This document shows positions 11,033-22,093 of a DNA stretch of 64,000 nt, piece after piece. The notes under the pieces are model-generated. The model was not told the DNA's origin and made no database searches. It saw nothing but the letters and a program-made list of their open reading frames with translations. The stretch is from the NCBI RefSeq assembly GCF_044324875.1, contig NZ_CP172185.1; one strand, 5' to 3'. How positions within the stretch are numbered: the first letter of the stretch is position 1; each line of letters starts with the position of its first letter. The position numbers and the translations under genes are program-made. This DNA comes from Escherichia coli. GTDB taxonomy: Bacteria; Pseudomonadota; Gammaproteobacteria; Enterobacterales; Enterobacteriaceae.

Positions 11033-13003
11033 TTACCACTGATAACGGGTATAAAGACTGACAGTTCGGCCTGAAAGCGGCACACCTTTGCCATTCATGG
11101 CAAGCTTGTTGAAGGCATTATCCAGAGTTACTGACGCCTCAAAGCCTTTAACACTTACAGGCTTATAAGACAGTGAAAAGGAATGTATGGCATAGCCAGC
11201 CTGATAGGAGTCGCCTTTTTTCACATGCGTGGCTGATGCTGAAAGTTCAGCACGCCATCCGGCATAAACGCCTCTATGACCAACAGGTATGCTGATGTCA
11301 CTGATAAGTGTGTCAGGATTGCCGGAGCCCAGCCATTCCCTGCTGCTGGCATCCATACTTTCCGTCCGGTTATAAGAAAGCACCCAGTCAACATAATCAG
11401 ACTGGTAATTTCCCTGCATATCCCATCCCCAGATACGGGCCCGGGATACATTATAAGAATAAGAACGCATCCGTTTCATATCCACGCGTGTGGCAATATA
11501 GTTTCTGGCATCCGTTCCGAAATATCCGCCTTTTAACTGCAGCCGGTCATTGTCTGTAAGCAGGCCATCCAGTTGAATACCTGCGCCAATCTCACGGGTG
11601 ATGTTATTTTCTGGTTTCAGATTAAGGTTAGGAACCCAGTAATTGGGTTTACCCTTGCGGTAAAAATGTACATCATCCCTGTACATTTCTGCCATTGTGG
11701 GCGCTCGGAATGCAGAGGATATGGAGCCGTACATCATCAGCCAGTCTGTCGGTGAGACTGAAATCGCCGCCCTTGGGGACAGGCGTTCGGCTTTCAGTTC
11801 TCCGGCACGGGGATTGAAGCTCTTGTACCGGTCATAGCGGGAACCGACGATAATGTTAACAGGGTAGCTTTTCATTGTCATTTCATCCTGGAAATACAAC
11901 GATGTAAAGTCAATATTTCCTTCCGGATATAGTGTGGCAGAGCCTTCTGGCTTCTGCTGCTGACGGTAATATTCAGCGCCATAACTTAACTGATGGGCTC
12001 CCGGAAAAATCAGAGTATGACTCCTGTTGACAACATTAACACCGGAGGTTCTGTTGTTTCTCCATTCTGCCGTTTTGTTGTGACCGTTTGTCTTGATAGT
12101 GATATCACTGAGATATAACGTTGACTGTACATTGATGAGGCTGTTATCCACAGGAGCGTACTGGTACCAGAACTGTACGTCATTTTGTACTGTTTTTCTG
12201 TCACGCAGGCCGCTGTCACCATGTGTCTGAGTGGGATTGCCCGGTTCAGTGGTGTTATTCCGGTAGAGACGCAAGCTGGCACCTGCTTTGTTACTGTCTG
12301 TTATACCGACAGAGCCTTTCGCAAACAGGGCTGCAGGTTTTTCCTTGTTAGGTGCGCGCTCACCATCACTTTGATAGATATTACCTCTTTTACGCATAAT
12401 GACAGAAAGGAGCGCATCTGTTTTTCCGGTTTTACCGAACCAGGTGAGCCCCGAGCCTGTGCTGTGGTCACCACTGGCAATATTTCCCCACAGACTTAAA
12501 CCGTTTGTCTCTCCGGGGGGAAGGAAATCTGCTGCATCGGCAGTTCTGAAGTCCACTACACCTCCCAGCCCGCCACTGCCGTACAGACTGGAGTTTGGCC
12601 CGCGGACAACTTCGATACGTTTGACAAGAGCCGGATCCAGATAAGTGCCACTGCTTTTTGCCATGTCACTAAGTTGGCGGACGCCGTCAACAAGAACAAG
12701 TACCCCGCTTTTGTCATAGCCGCGTAGATTAAAGGTCTGCCCATTGGTCCGTCCTGCACCAGTCTGGCTGAGACCGGCAACACCTTTCAGCATGCCGGCC
12801 GATGTAACCGCATTCTGACTCCACGGTGTGTCATTCGTGACGACACTGACCATCGACGGCGTTTCAAATACCGTGTTCTGATTTCCTGTCGCGACAATGG
12901 TGATTGTATCTTTAGCCATAGAAGAATGACTGGTCGCTGCCTGTAGTCCCACCGGGACTATAATTAATGTACAAATGACAGTTCTGATTACATTCATATA
13001 CAT
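11033..13003 (-). CDS. TonB-dependent outer-membrane heme/hemoglobin receptor (ChuA/ShuA-like)
   Basis: 656 aa. Signal peptide, plug domain (TonB box TITIVATG; NLRGYDKSGVLVLVDGVRQ), FRAP and NPNL motifs typical of heme receptors, and a terminal aromatic residue (RYQW). Co-linear with E. coli ChuA at roughly half identity. Confidence 0.85.
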   Translation of the reverse strand: MYMNVIRTVICTLIIVPVGLQAATSHSSMAKDTITIVATGNQNTVFETPSMVSVVTNDTPWSQNAVTSAGMLKGVAGLSQTGAGRTNGQTFNLRGYDKSGVLVLVDGVRQLSDMAKSSGTYLDPALVKRIEVVRGPNSSLYGSGGLGGVVDFRTADAADFLPPGETNGLSLWGNIASGDHSTGSGLTWFGKTGKTDALLSVIMRKRGNIYQSDGERAPNKEKPAALFAKGSVGITDSNKAGASLRLYRNNTTEPGNPTQTHGDSGLRDRKTVQNDVQFWYQYAPVDNSLINVQSTLYLSDITIKTNGHNKTAEWRNNRTSGVNVVNRSHTLIFPGAHQLSYGAEYYRQQQKPEGSATLYPEGNIDFTSLYFQDEMTMKSYPVNIIVGSRYDRYKSFNPRAGELKAERLSPRAAISVSPTDWLMMYGSISSAFRAPTMAEMYRDDVHFYRKGKPNYWVPNLNLKPENNITREIGAGIQLDGLLTDNDRLQLKGGYFGTDARNYIATRVDMKRMRSYSYNVSRARIWGWDMQGNYQSDYVDWVLSYNRTESMDASSREWLGSGNPDTLISDISIPVGHRGVYAGWRAELSASATHVKKGDSYQAGYAIHSFSLSYKPVSVKGFEASVTLDNAFNKLAMNGKGVPLSGRTVSLYTRYQW

Positions 13004-13034
13004 TCATATACATCCGAAAACATATGTCGGTATT

Positions 13035-13057
13035 AAAATGTTATAACATAACATTTT
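13035..13057. promoter_or_regulatory. Candidate Fur box upstream of heme receptor gene
   Basis: aaaatgttataacataacatttt is a near-palindromic AT-rich 23-mer of the GATAAT-hexamer type, 32 bp upstream of the receptor ATG. Confidence 0.35.
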
Positions 13058-13129
13058 ATTTATGCAACTCTGATTATGTAGCGTTCAGTGATGAACTGTT
13101 AATAATATTCTGTCGATCCGCTAAGTGTC

Positions 13130-13790
13130 AGTGTATGCGGTAAGCCTGCCCTTGAGTCACTGTTTGGCAACTGCTACATCTAAGGTGACGTTATCCGCTG
13201 ACATCGATATTCCCGTGGTGAGAGATAACCTAACGCACTATGCGGGTGGTTCTCATTGTAATTCTCGAACGCCTATGCAAGGTTATGCAATGCCGTTATT
13301 ACATTCGGTTTCTGTATGAACGCAATGTAGTCTTCCTTCATCGTTTTCACTAACCTTTCTGCCATTCCATTACTCTGAGAGCTGCTGATTGCCGTTGTGC
13401 AGGGCTCCAGATCCAACTCTCTGGCGAACTGCCGTGTTTCATGCGCTCTATACGCTGAACCGTTATCTGTCAACCACCGGATGGACTGTTCCGGTACTTT
13501 ATCGCCAAAGAGTTTTTCTATCGCTCCTAACATCACATCCTGCACTGTCGCTTTATTGTAACCTCCCGTATTGGATGCCCAGTCGATAGCTTCACGATCG
13601 CAACAGTCCAGAGCGAACGTAACCCGGACTTTTTCGCCATCATCGCAACCGAACTCAAAGCCATCAGAACATCAACGCTGGTCGCTTTCCTTACCGATAT
13701 TCGGCCTTTATGTTCCCGCTGCGGTCGTGATGGTTTGTCATGTAACAACAGGATATTTTCGCTCATTATCCGGTAAACGGTAAGCGTCAA
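13130..13790 (-). mobile_element. IS3-family (IS2-like) element remnant, 3' portion (transposase OrfB fragments)
   Basis: Minus-strand fragments ...[50 protein letters not shown]... and an IS2-like 3' end (...cgcatagtgcg..tcaccacgggaatatcg...). Cut at 13790 by the IS66-family insertion. Confidence 0.6.
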
Positions 13791-13809
13791 CGGAGCACCG
13801 TATTGACGC

Positions 13810-15423
13810 TTATTTATTGGTGAGTACTACGTTCCATGGCAGGAGTTCATCAACTCGGTTGGAAGGCCATTCCGGCAGTACGCTCAGGATATGGCGCAGA
13901 TACGCTTCCGGATCGATACCGTTCAGACGGCAGGTGCCGATCAGCCCGTACAACAGTGCTCCACGCTCGCCGCCGTGATCGCTGCCAAAGAACATAAAGT
14001 TTTTCTTTCCGAGACAGACTGCACGAAGCGCTCTTTCCGCAGCATTATTATCCGCCTCCGCCAGACCGTCATCACTGTAATAACAGAGGGCATCCCACTG
14101 ATTCAGTACATAGCTGAACGCTTCGCCCAGTCTGGATTTTTTCGACAGCGTACCATTCTTCTCCACCATCCATTCATGCAGCGACGTCAGTAACACTTTG
14201 CTTCGCTGCTGCCTGACGGCAAGACGCTCTGACTCCGCTAATCCCCGTATTTCATCCTCGATGGCGTACAGTTCACTGATTCGCTTCAGGGCTTCTTCTG
14301 CCGTCGCACTTTTGCTGCTGATGTATACATCGTGGATTTTTCGCCGGGCATGGGCCCAGCACGCAACTTCTGTCAGTGCACCACCTTCACGTTCTGCACT
14401 GAACAACCTGTCGTAACCTGTGAACGCATCCGCCTGCAGGATACCCCGGAAGGGGCGGAGGTGTTGCTCCGGGTGTTTCCCCTGCCGGTTCGGCGAGTAC
14501 GCGAACCAGACCGCTGGAGGAGATGACGAACCCACATTGCGATCATCCCGGACATACGTCCAGATACGCCCTGTTTTCGCCTTTTTCTGACCCGGTGCCA
14601 GTACCTTTACCGGTGTGTCATCAGTGTGAACCTTGCGGGTGTTCATTACATAACGGTACAGGGCATCATTCACCGGTGTCATTAACTGGCAGCACGCGTC
14701 AACCCAGTTGGAGAGTAAGGCCCGGCTCAGTTCGACACCCTGGCGGGCAAAGATTTCACTCTGACGATACAGTGGCAGATGTTCGCAGTATTTTCCCGTT
14801 AACACGCGGGCAAGTAATCCGGGGCCCGCGATACCACGCTCTATCGGGCGGGACGACGCCGGTGCTTCAACAATACAGTCACATTTTGTACAGGCTTTTT
14901 TTACCCGTTCTGTGCGGATCACTTTCAGGGCACTGCTCACCAGTTCCAGCTGTTCAGCGCTGACTTCCCCCAGATAATCCAGCTCACCGCCACACTCCGG
15001 GCAACAGCTTTCTTCTGGCTCCAGGCGGTGTATTTCACGGGGAAGGTGTGCCGGTAACGGACGACGATGGCGCGACTGTCGCAACTGGCGGGGAACCTGA
15101 GGATCGTCTTCCCGCCCACTGTAACGATCGCTGTCCTGTTCACGTTGTTTCAGCAGAGCCTCAGCCAGTTCAACTTCACGACGCAGTTTTTCAGAACGGG
15201 GACCGAACAGCATCCGGAGCAGTTTTTCTATCTGAGCCCGCAGATGTTCTATTTCCCGTTCATCTTCTTCGATCTTTTCTTCGGCACGTGTCAGTGCAGA
15301 GCGCAGGAAGGCTTCCCTCTCTTCAACCAGACTCAGTTGCTGGTCTTTCTGACGGAGGGCTTCAGCCTGCTCAGAGAGCAATCTTTCCAGCTCTGCGATG
15401 CGAATGAGGTATTTCTGACTCAT
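13810..15423 (-). CDS. IS66-family transposase TnpC
   Basis: 537 aa. N-terminal leucine-zipper/coiled coil, then Zn-finger CCPECGG and a DDE domain typical of IS66 TnpC. Confidence 0.9.
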   Translation of the reverse strand: MSQKYLIRIAELERLLSEQAEALRQKDQQLSLVEEREAFLRSALTRAEEKIEEDEREIEHLRAQIEKLLRMLFGPRSEKLRREVELAEALLKQREQDSDRYSGREDDPQVPRQLRQSRHRRPLPAHLPREIHRLEPEESCCPECGGELDYLGEVSAEQLELVSSALKVIRTERVKKACTKCDCIVEAPASSRPIERGIAGPGLLARVLTGKYCEHLPLYRQSEIFARQGVELSRALLSNWVDACCQLMTPVNDALYRYVMNTRKVHTDDTPVKVLAPGQKKAKTGRIWTYVRDDRNVGSSSPPAVWFAYSPNRQGKHPEQHLRPFRGILQADAFTGYDRLFSAEREGGALTEVACWAHARRKIHDVYISSKSATAEEALKRISELYAIEDEIRGLAESERLAVRQQRSKVLLTSLHEWMVEKNGTLSKKSRLGEAFSYVLNQWDALCYYSDDGLAEADNNAAERALRAVCLGKKNFMFFGSDHGGERGALLYGLIGTCRLNGIDPEAYLRHILSVLPEWPSNRVDELLPWNVVLTNK

Positions 15424-15453
15424 GACCGTTTTTATAATGCGGTCAGGAGTTTT

Positions 15454-15804
15454 TTACAACATTGTCAGTGAGTTACGGCTGGATGTTTTTGGCTGACGCC
15501 AGTCCAGCTTATCGAGGAGCATTGCCAGTTGCGAGCGGGTAATGGATACCTTGCCGTCACGTACCGCAGGCCAGATAAACTGGCCTTCCTCCAGGCGTTT
15601 GGTGAACAGGCACAGACCATCAGCATCAGCCCAAAGAATTTTGACGGTGTCACCCCGTCGGCCACGGAAGATAAACAGGTGACCGGAGAAGGGATTATCA
15701 TTCAGCACATGTTGTACCTGTTCTCCCAGTCCGTTGAAGGATTTACGCATATCGGTAACGCCGGCAACGAGCCAGATACGGGTACCTGATGGGAGTGAGA
15801 TCAT
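15454..15804 (-). CDS. IS66-family TnpB (Orf2)
   Basis: 116 aa MISLPSGTRIWLVAGVTDMRKSFNGL..., the conserved IS66 Orf2. Confidence 0.9.
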   Translation of the reverse strand: MISLPSGTRIWLVAGVTDMRKSFNGLGEQVQHVLNDNPFSGHLFIFRGRRGDTVKILWADADGLCLFTKRLEEGQFIWPAVRDGKVSITRSQLAMLLDKLDWRQPKTSSRNSLTML

Positions 15805-16226
15805 CTTCCCCTCCCGGTCAGTTCACGGATCAACACCGTGAGCAGCTCTGGCGATGGATTTTCCAGCGTCATGTTACCGTGACGGAATTCCACCTTGCAG
15901 GAACTGGCACTGACTCTGGTCTGAGTGGAAGTGGATAAAGACGGCGCAATGGCCGCCACAGGTTCTTTCTGCTCATCCGGCGTTATTTCTACAGGTAATA
16001 ATTCAACGCCAGTGTCAGAAGAGGTCGTTACCGGAAGACGCCGCGAAACACGCCCTTCGTTCTGCCAGAGCCTGAGCCATTTGAAAATAACATTATCATT
16101 GACGCCATTTTCACGTGCAATCTGTGCAACACAAGCTCCAGGTTGTGATGCCAGTTCCACCATACGAAGTTTGAATTCATTCGAATAGTTTTTACGAGGT
16201 TCTTTTCGCCAGTCCTGTAATTCCAT
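15801..16226 (-). CDS. IS66-family TnpA (Orf1, HTH)
   Basis: 141 aa with NYSNEFKLRMVELASQPGACVAQIARENGVNDNVIFKWLRLWQ; overlaps tnpB by ATGA. Confidence 0.85.
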   Translation of the reverse strand: MELQDWRKEPRKNYSNEFKLRMVELASQPGACVAQIARENGVNDNVIFKWLRLWQNEGRVSRRLPVTTSSDTGVELLPVEITPDEQKEPVAAIAPSLSTSTQTRVSASSCKVEFRHGNMTLENPSPELLTVLIRELTGRGR

Positions 16227-16311
16227 ACTTAGATGTCCGTCTATATCAGATGGGCGTCTAAGTTACCAATTCTCGTCTGATGGCTACATACGGCGGTCAG
16301 TTTACGCTTAC

Positions 16312-16700
16312 GGTAAACGCGCTTTGCATTCACTAACGGTAGTCCTTCATTTAGGGACTGCCGCCTGAGTATCGCCCAGAACACGGCTTACCGGGGCTAT
16401 TCCTTGTCCGAAGGTAACAAGGGCACATGCGCTATCCATTTTCGCGATTGCGCATACTCCACCACTTCTTTGAGGATCTAAACTTCCATGGTTTTTTACC
16501 CAGCAAGAGCTGTAACTCTTTTATTTGTTTTATAGCGGCAGGCAGTTCTGAGGCAGGAACGACACCCTCTCCTGAAGCAACAGCAGTGAGACTTCCTTCC
16601 AGAGATTGTTTTTCCACTTAAACAACAGGCAGGGCTGAATACAACGCAAACGCGCCACATGTGACACCGCCATGCCAGGCTCCATTGTCTGCTGAATAAT
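16312..16700 (-). mobile_element. IS3-family (IS2-like) element remnant, 5' portion (OrfA fragment)
   Basis: Minus-strand ...[36 protein letters not shown]... corresponds to the IS2 InsC C-terminus. It is the other half of the element split by the IS66 insertion. Confidence 0.55.
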
Positions 16701-17756
16701 GCCAATTTTTTCCTGAGGAGTTTTACGTTTACGAAGCTACAGCCCCGGCAAAGTTCCAGTCATCTCAAAATTAGAACCAGTGTCAGACATATATCCAAGC
16801 CTGTCTCTTATTTTAAGATACATCCACTATCTGGCGTTTCAAGGGGCTGGTCCAGCTACAAATATTATTGAAAGAAATTTTTATGAAAACGAAGCTTTTT
16901 ACGATTTCTATCGGCATTGATGTAATATAGAAGAGTTATATAAATTATTCAAATCAAATTTTCTATTGAATATTTTCATTCACAGAGTGAGAAAGATGTA
17001 AAATAAAAATACAGGCTCATATATTATTACTTAACCTTACATGGATATCCTGAAATGACATTAATTATTAAGATAATAACGTTTTCATCGGTAGTAGTAG
17101 AAATAAACAAAATTTTAATTTCAAAAACTGCTTGTTTCTCGTAGTGAGGTACTTGTCTTTACTGATTCGGGTAACAGGAAAACATTTAAAATCATTCTGT
17201 TGCGCTCTTTCTGAGAGGCTGATTGCAAAATGGCATCTGAATCGATCGCAGTTGTATGACTCAGCGAGTAAGGCCAGGGAGGTGTTACCCACGAAAATAT
17301 GTACGGCCCAGAACGCGCTGGAACTCTTTTGATGCTCCAGCAAGAACTTAACCGAATGCCATTGGTACGCTGCCCCACAGAAAATTCCGTCACTAATGGC
17401 GGTAGCCGACAGATTCACATGGCGTTACCGCAGTAAACCAAGATGGATCTTGATTGCGTCCTCAACAGACAACATATCTGCTTTGGACAACGAGCCAATA
17501 TGTGTTTTGAGACAGGACTTATCCGCCGCCATAATCTGCTCTACAATCGCTTTGCTGCTCTGACACCTACGGTCACAACAGCCTCACTTGGATACACTCG
17601 CTCTGTGTTACTGGTCAGAGGAACGACGACTACTCGAGCGAGGTTCCTGTTTGCTGCGTCATTGCTCACGATCACTGCCGGACATGTCTTGCGGATTTCA
17701 CTGTCAACAGCAGGATCAAATTCAATCCACCACGTCTCACCTGTGCCGTCACTGCT

Positions 17757-17800
17757 CTGTCATCTTTCTAACACTTTACTGTCTAACACATGTAATAAAA
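17757..17800 (+). promoter_or_regulatory. Pho boxes / ugpB promoter
   Basis: ctgtcatctttctaacactttactgtctaacac contains two CTGTCA-type PhoB half-site repeats about 100 bp upstream of ugpB, consistent with the known Pho-regulated ugp promoter. Confidence 0.45.
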
Positions 17801-17896
17801 AAGTTATTTTTCTGCAATTCGGGCATGATATTTAATCCCACGAGCATGAAACGTGTGAATTCGCTCATCAGGTACAACAAGCAAGAGAGATAAACG

Positions 17897-19213
17897 ATGA
17901 AACCGTTACATTATACAGCTTCAGCACTGGTGCTCGGACTGACGTTAATGGGGAATGCACAGGCAGTGACGACCATTCCGTTCTGGCACTCTATGGAAGG
18001 GGAACTGGGTAAAGAGGTGAATTCTCTGGTCCAACGTTTTAACGCCGAAAACCCGGATTACAAAATTATACCGACTTATAAAGGCAACTACGAAGAGAGT
18101 TTAAGTGCGGGGATCGCAGCATTTCGTACCGGTAACGCTCCGGCTATTTTGCAGGTTTATGAAGTTGGCACCGCCACCATGATGGCGTCGAAAGCCATTA
18201 AACCGGTGTATGACGTGTTTAAAGAGGCGGGGATTAACTTTGATGAGTCGCAGTTTGTGCCGACGGTTTCAGGCTACTACTCCGACAGCAAAACGGGACA
18301 CTTACTCTCCCAGCCGTTCAACAGCTCGACTCCTGTTCTCTATTACAACAAAGATGCTTTCAAGAAAGCAGGATTAGACCCGGAACAGCCGCCGAAAACC
18401 TGGCAGGATCTGGCGGACTATGCCGCGAAACTGAAAGCCTCCGGTATGAAGTGCGGCTACGCCAGCGGCTGGCAGGGCTGGATCCAACTGGAAAACTTTA
18501 GCGCCTGGAACGGTCTGCCGTTTGCCAGCAAAAACAACGGCTTTGACGGCACAGATGCGGTGCTGGAGTTCAACAAGCCGGAGCAGGTGAAACACATCGC
18601 CATGCTCGAAGAGATGAACAAGAAAGGCGATTTCAGCTACGTCGGGCGTAAGGATGAATCCACCGAGAAGTTCTATAACGGTGATTGCGCAATGACGACT
18701 GCCTCTTCTGGTTCTCTTGCCAGCATTCGCGAGTACGCCAAATTCAACTACGGCGTAGGCATGATGCCTTACGACGCTGACGCGAAAGATGCACCACAAA
18801 ACGCCATTATCGGCGGAGCCAGCCTGTGGGTGATGCAGGGCAAAGATAAAGAAACGTATACCGGCGTGGCGAAGTTCCTCGACTTCCTCGCGAAGCCAGA
18901 AAATGCTGCCGAGTGGCATCAGAAAACCGGTTATCTGCCAATCACCAAAGCGGCGTATGACCTGACCCGTGAGCAGGGCTTTTATGAGAAAAACCCAGGG
19001 GCGGATATCGCGACACGTCAGATGCTGAACAAACCGTCGTTACCGTTCACCAAAGGACTACGTCTGGGCAACATGCCGCAGATCAGAGCGATTGTGGATG
19101 AAGAGCTTGAGAGCGTGTGGACCGGTAAGAAGACGCCACAGCAGGCGCTGGATACCGCCGTTGAGCGTGGGAATCAGTTACTACGCCGCTTTGAGAAATC
19201 GACGAAGTCTTAA
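17897..19213 (+). CDS. ugpB: sn-glycerol-3-phosphate ABC transporter periplasmic binding protein
   Basis: 438 aa, essentially identical to E. coli K-12 UgpB ([41 protein letters not shown]...). Confidence 0.95.
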   Translation: MKPLHYTASALVLGLTLMGNAQAVTTIPFWHSMEGELGKEVNSLVQRFNAENPDYKIIPTYKGNYEESLSAGIAAFRTGNAPAILQVYEVGTATMMASKAIKPVYDVFKEAGINFDESQFVPTVSGYYSDSKTGHLLSQPFNSSTPVLYYNKDAFKKAGLDPEQPPKTWQDLADYAAKLKASGMKCGYASGWQGWIQLENFSAWNGLPFASKNNGFDGTDAVLEFNKPEQVKHIAMLEEMNKKGDFSYVGRKDESTEKFYNGDCAMTTASSGSLASIREYAKFNYGVGMMPYDADAKDAPQNAIIGGASLWVMQGKDKETYTGVAKFLDFLAKPENAAEWHQKTGYLPITKAAYDLTREQGFYEKNPGADIATRQMLNKPSLPFTKGLRLGNMPQIRAIVDEELESVWTGKKTPQQALDTAVERGNQLLRRFEKSTKS

Positions 19214-19346
19214 CCAGTGTAATGTCGGATACGTTTCGCCTATCTGAGCTAACATCGCGTGTAGGCCGATGTGATTGACATCTTCCTCCTTACGGCATCA
19301 ACGTTCCAGACTGAGATGTACCCAGTTCCCTGGTGGAGAAGTCAGT

Positions 19347-20330
19347 CATGAATATTAATCGTATTGGTTTCGATCTTGCCGAAAAATGTTTTTCAAATCC
19401 ACGGCGTTGATCACAATGAATAGTGGTACGGAGAAAAACGCTGAGCCCTCCCCACATGATGACGTTTTTCTCCGGGCTTTCTCCCTGCCTCATCAGCATC
19501 GAAGTCTGTGGCTCTTCCCATTCTGGGCACGGGAACTCATTCCGTATGGGGCCTACCGTGCGCATTATTCCGTAGAAACTTGTCAAATCTTATCTCAAAG
19601 GTAACAAAAACGACGCTAATAATGCAGCTGCCATCTGTGAGGCCGTCAGCAGGCCCGGCATGCGATTTGTTGTTTTCATATCGGAATCCCAGCAGACGTT
19701 ACAGGAAGAATACCGGGTCCGGGCCAGAATCATCCGCGAGCGAACGGCGTTGCGTAATGAAATCCGGGGGCTGTTGAGTGAATTTGGTCTGCTGCTGCCT
19801 GTGGGGATAAGGCACGTGCGTAAAATCCAGCAGGGAATACTGCCCAGGGGCAGTGGAATGACCCTTCATCCGTTTGTTGTGCGAACTGTCAGAGTAAAAT
19901 GAACTCATATCGTCTCATGACCACCGTCTTCATGAGGCTGCAAGGGATGATATCCGTATTAAACAGCTGATGGAGCTAAAAGGAGTTGGTCCCACAACAG
20001 CCTGTGCGCTGGTTGCCTGTATCGGTAATGCACATGATTTTAAAAAGGGACGGCAACTGGCAGCCTGGCTGGGCTGACGCTATCACAATACCGCAGCGGC
20101 TGAATGTCGAAGCTGGGCAGGATAACAAAAGCCGGTGATTCGTATCTGCGAATGCTTCTGGTTCAGGGGGCTCGTTCAGTACTGATTGGTGCTGAGAAAA
20201 GGACTGACTCATTCAGTCGTTGGGTCTGTTCACTGGTTGAACGCAGAGAATACTGACGCGCTGTTGTGGCCATCGCCGCCAGAAAGGTAAGGCTGTGCTG
20301 GGCATCATGTCATTACGGTGATGATTTCAG
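19347..20330 (+). pseudogene. IS110-family transposase, degenerate (multiple frameshifts/stops)
   Basis: MNINRIGFDLA(E)KNVFQIHGVD..., ...NDANNAAAICEAVSRPGMRFVVFISESQQTLQEEYRVRARIIRERTALRNEIRGLL..., ...ELKGVGPTTACALVACIGNAHDFKKGRQLAAWLG... and ...LRMLLVQGARSVLIG... occur in different frames. The first frameshift is in an A5 run. Confidence 0.65.
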
Positions 20331-20707
20331 GCTGTATTCAGCCAGCTAAAGCACGCAGCAACCGTATGACTATCTGATCTGCAACTCGTTGATGATAAAG
20401 TGTTAGACCCCGTGAGGTATATCTGATTATTGTACAGGATATACGTATCCGCTTAACGAACAAGAGCCTCACTCGCGTCTTTCATCTGGGCCGAATAGAT
20501 GAGATTCATCATGGTTGTTTATAGTACCGTCGTCTCTCCCCTTTATTTTTACAGAAAAGCAAACAGAAACCATAAATACCGGCGTTGACATGGCGGGGAA
20601 GCCGGCAACGGCTATCCCTACCGTAATCATAATATTTCTGTCATTTCTGCTCCCTACAATGACGTTAGTTTTACTTCTGGGCGATAACAACGAAAGGAGA
20701 GTATGAC

Positions 20708-22051
20708 ATGCACAACTCCAAAATCCGGCTGGCTATACTGGTTGGCTGCATGGCTCTGAGCGCCAACCTGTGGGCCAAAGCGCAGCCGGTGCAGGCAACG
20801 CTGGCCGGGCATGCAATTCTGCCGGCAAAATCCGCTGTTTCAACACCGAAGGATGCGCCGGGCGATTTGCAACAGAGCGGCAAATACACCAGCGGCAAAC
20901 GCGTCACCGAGCTGGGCAGCGTGGCGGGCAAATCCGCAGAACGCCTGACAGGACTCAGCCTGCCGATCAATGGTCAGCCGTTGCAGGGCCACTCAGGTAT
21001 CAAACACATGCCCGACGGTACCTATTGGGTGCTGACTGACAATGGCTTCGGCAGCAAAGCCAACTCCCCGGACGCCATGCTGTACCTCAACCAATACAAG
21101 ATAGATTTCAAAGACGGCTCGGTAGTACCGATGAAGACGCTGTTCCTGCATGATCCGGATAAAAAGGTGCCGTTCCACATCATCAACGAGAGCACCGAAC
21201 TACGCTATCTGACCGGCAGCGATTTTGATCCGGAAAGCTTCCAGTTTTCCGACGATGCCTTATGGATCGGTGATGAGTTCGGTCCTTACCTGATCAAGAC
21301 CGACCTGAACGGCAAGGTGCTGGCGGTGTTCGACACAGAAGTGGACGGTAAGGTGGTTAAATCGCCGGACAACCCGACGCTGACTCTACCTAGCGCTCCG
21401 GACGGTAAGCTGAACTTCCAGGTGGCGCGTTCCAAAGGCTTTGAAGGCATGGCCATCTCGCCGGACGGCAGTAAGCTGTATCCGCTGCTGGAAGGGGCAT
21501 TGTGGGACGGTGAGCAGTTCGAGAACGTTGACGGAAAACGCTACCTGCGTGTGCTGGAGTTCGATGCCAAACAGCAGGCCTGGACTGGTCGCAGCTGGCA
21601 GTACGTGCTGGAAGACAACCAGAACGCCATCGGCGACTTCAATATGATAGATGATACCCACGGACTGGTGATCGAGCGTGATAACGGCGAAGGCACGGCG
21701 GATAAAGCCTGCGTCGCCGGCGCGCCGACCAACAACTGCTTCAGTCAAGTAGCCAGGTTCAAACGGGTGTATAAAATTGCTTTCTCGGACACTAACGTCG
21801 GAAAACCTGTCGAAAAACTGGGCTATATTGACCTGATGAAGATTCAGGATCCGAACAAGCTGGCACGCAAGCCGCTGAACGACGGTGTGCTGACCTTCCC
21901 GTTCTTCACCATCGAGAACGTGGATGTGGTTGACACTAACCACATCATCGTAGGCAACGATAATAACTTCCCGTTTTCCTCCAGCCGCTGGCCTAATATG
22001 GCGGATGACAACGAGTTTATTCTACTGGATGTGAAGGATTTTCTGAAGTAG
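20708..22051 (+). CDS. Secreted phytase-like esterase family protein
   Basis: 447 aa with signal peptide and a beta-propeller-like repeat composition typical of the 'esterase-like activity of phytase' family. RBS AAAGGAGAG upstream. Confidence 0.65.
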   Translation: MHNSKIRLAILVGCMALSANLWAKAQPVQATLAGHAILPAKSAVSTPKDAPGDLQQSGKYTSGKRVTELGSVAGKSAERLTGLSLPINGQPLQGHSGIKHMPDGTYWVLTDNGFGSKANSPDAMLYLNQYKIDFKDGSVVPMKTLFLHDPDKKVPFHIINESTELRYLTGSDFDPESFQFSDDALWIGDEFGPYLIKTDLNGKVLAVFDTEVDGKVVKSPDNPTLTLPSAPDGKLNFQVARSKGFEGMAISPDGSKLYPLLEGALWDGEQFENVDGKRYLRVLEFDAKQQAWTGRSWQYVLEDNQNAIGDFNMIDDTHGLVIERDNGEGTADKACVAGAPTNNCFSQVARFKRVYKIAFSDTNVGKPVEKLGYIDLMKIQDPNKLARKPLNDGVLTFPFFTIENVDVVDTNHIIVGNDNNFPFSSSRWPNMADDNEFILLDVKDFLK

Positions 22052-22093
22052 GGGGAAGAGCATCTTACGATACTCCTCGCTAATTTAAAAACG

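Larger units (their letters stand above)
13791..16311 (-). mobile_element. IS66-family insertion sequence, complete (about 2.5 kb), with 8-bp TSD GGTAAACG
   Basis: Both termini are GTAAGCG... (13791 forward, 16311 reverse-complement). GGTAAACG is present at 13783-13790 and 16312-16319. Carries the three-ORF tnpA-tnpB-tnpC arrangement. Confidence 0.9.

Noticed and set aside
12990-13020. Short direct repeat acattcatat x2 at the heme-receptor start
   Set aside because: Only two 10-bp copies overlapping the start codon region (atgtatatgaatgtaatc). It has too few units for a CRISPR or VNTR and is likely just a duplicated Met-Tyr-Met codon string.
17068-17418. 116-aa minus-strand ORF in the AT-rich region upstream of ugpB
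   Set aside because: No recognisable family and no RBS. It lies in 30-35% GC sequence where random ORFs of this size are common. I could not match it to livF, which occupies this position in K-12.
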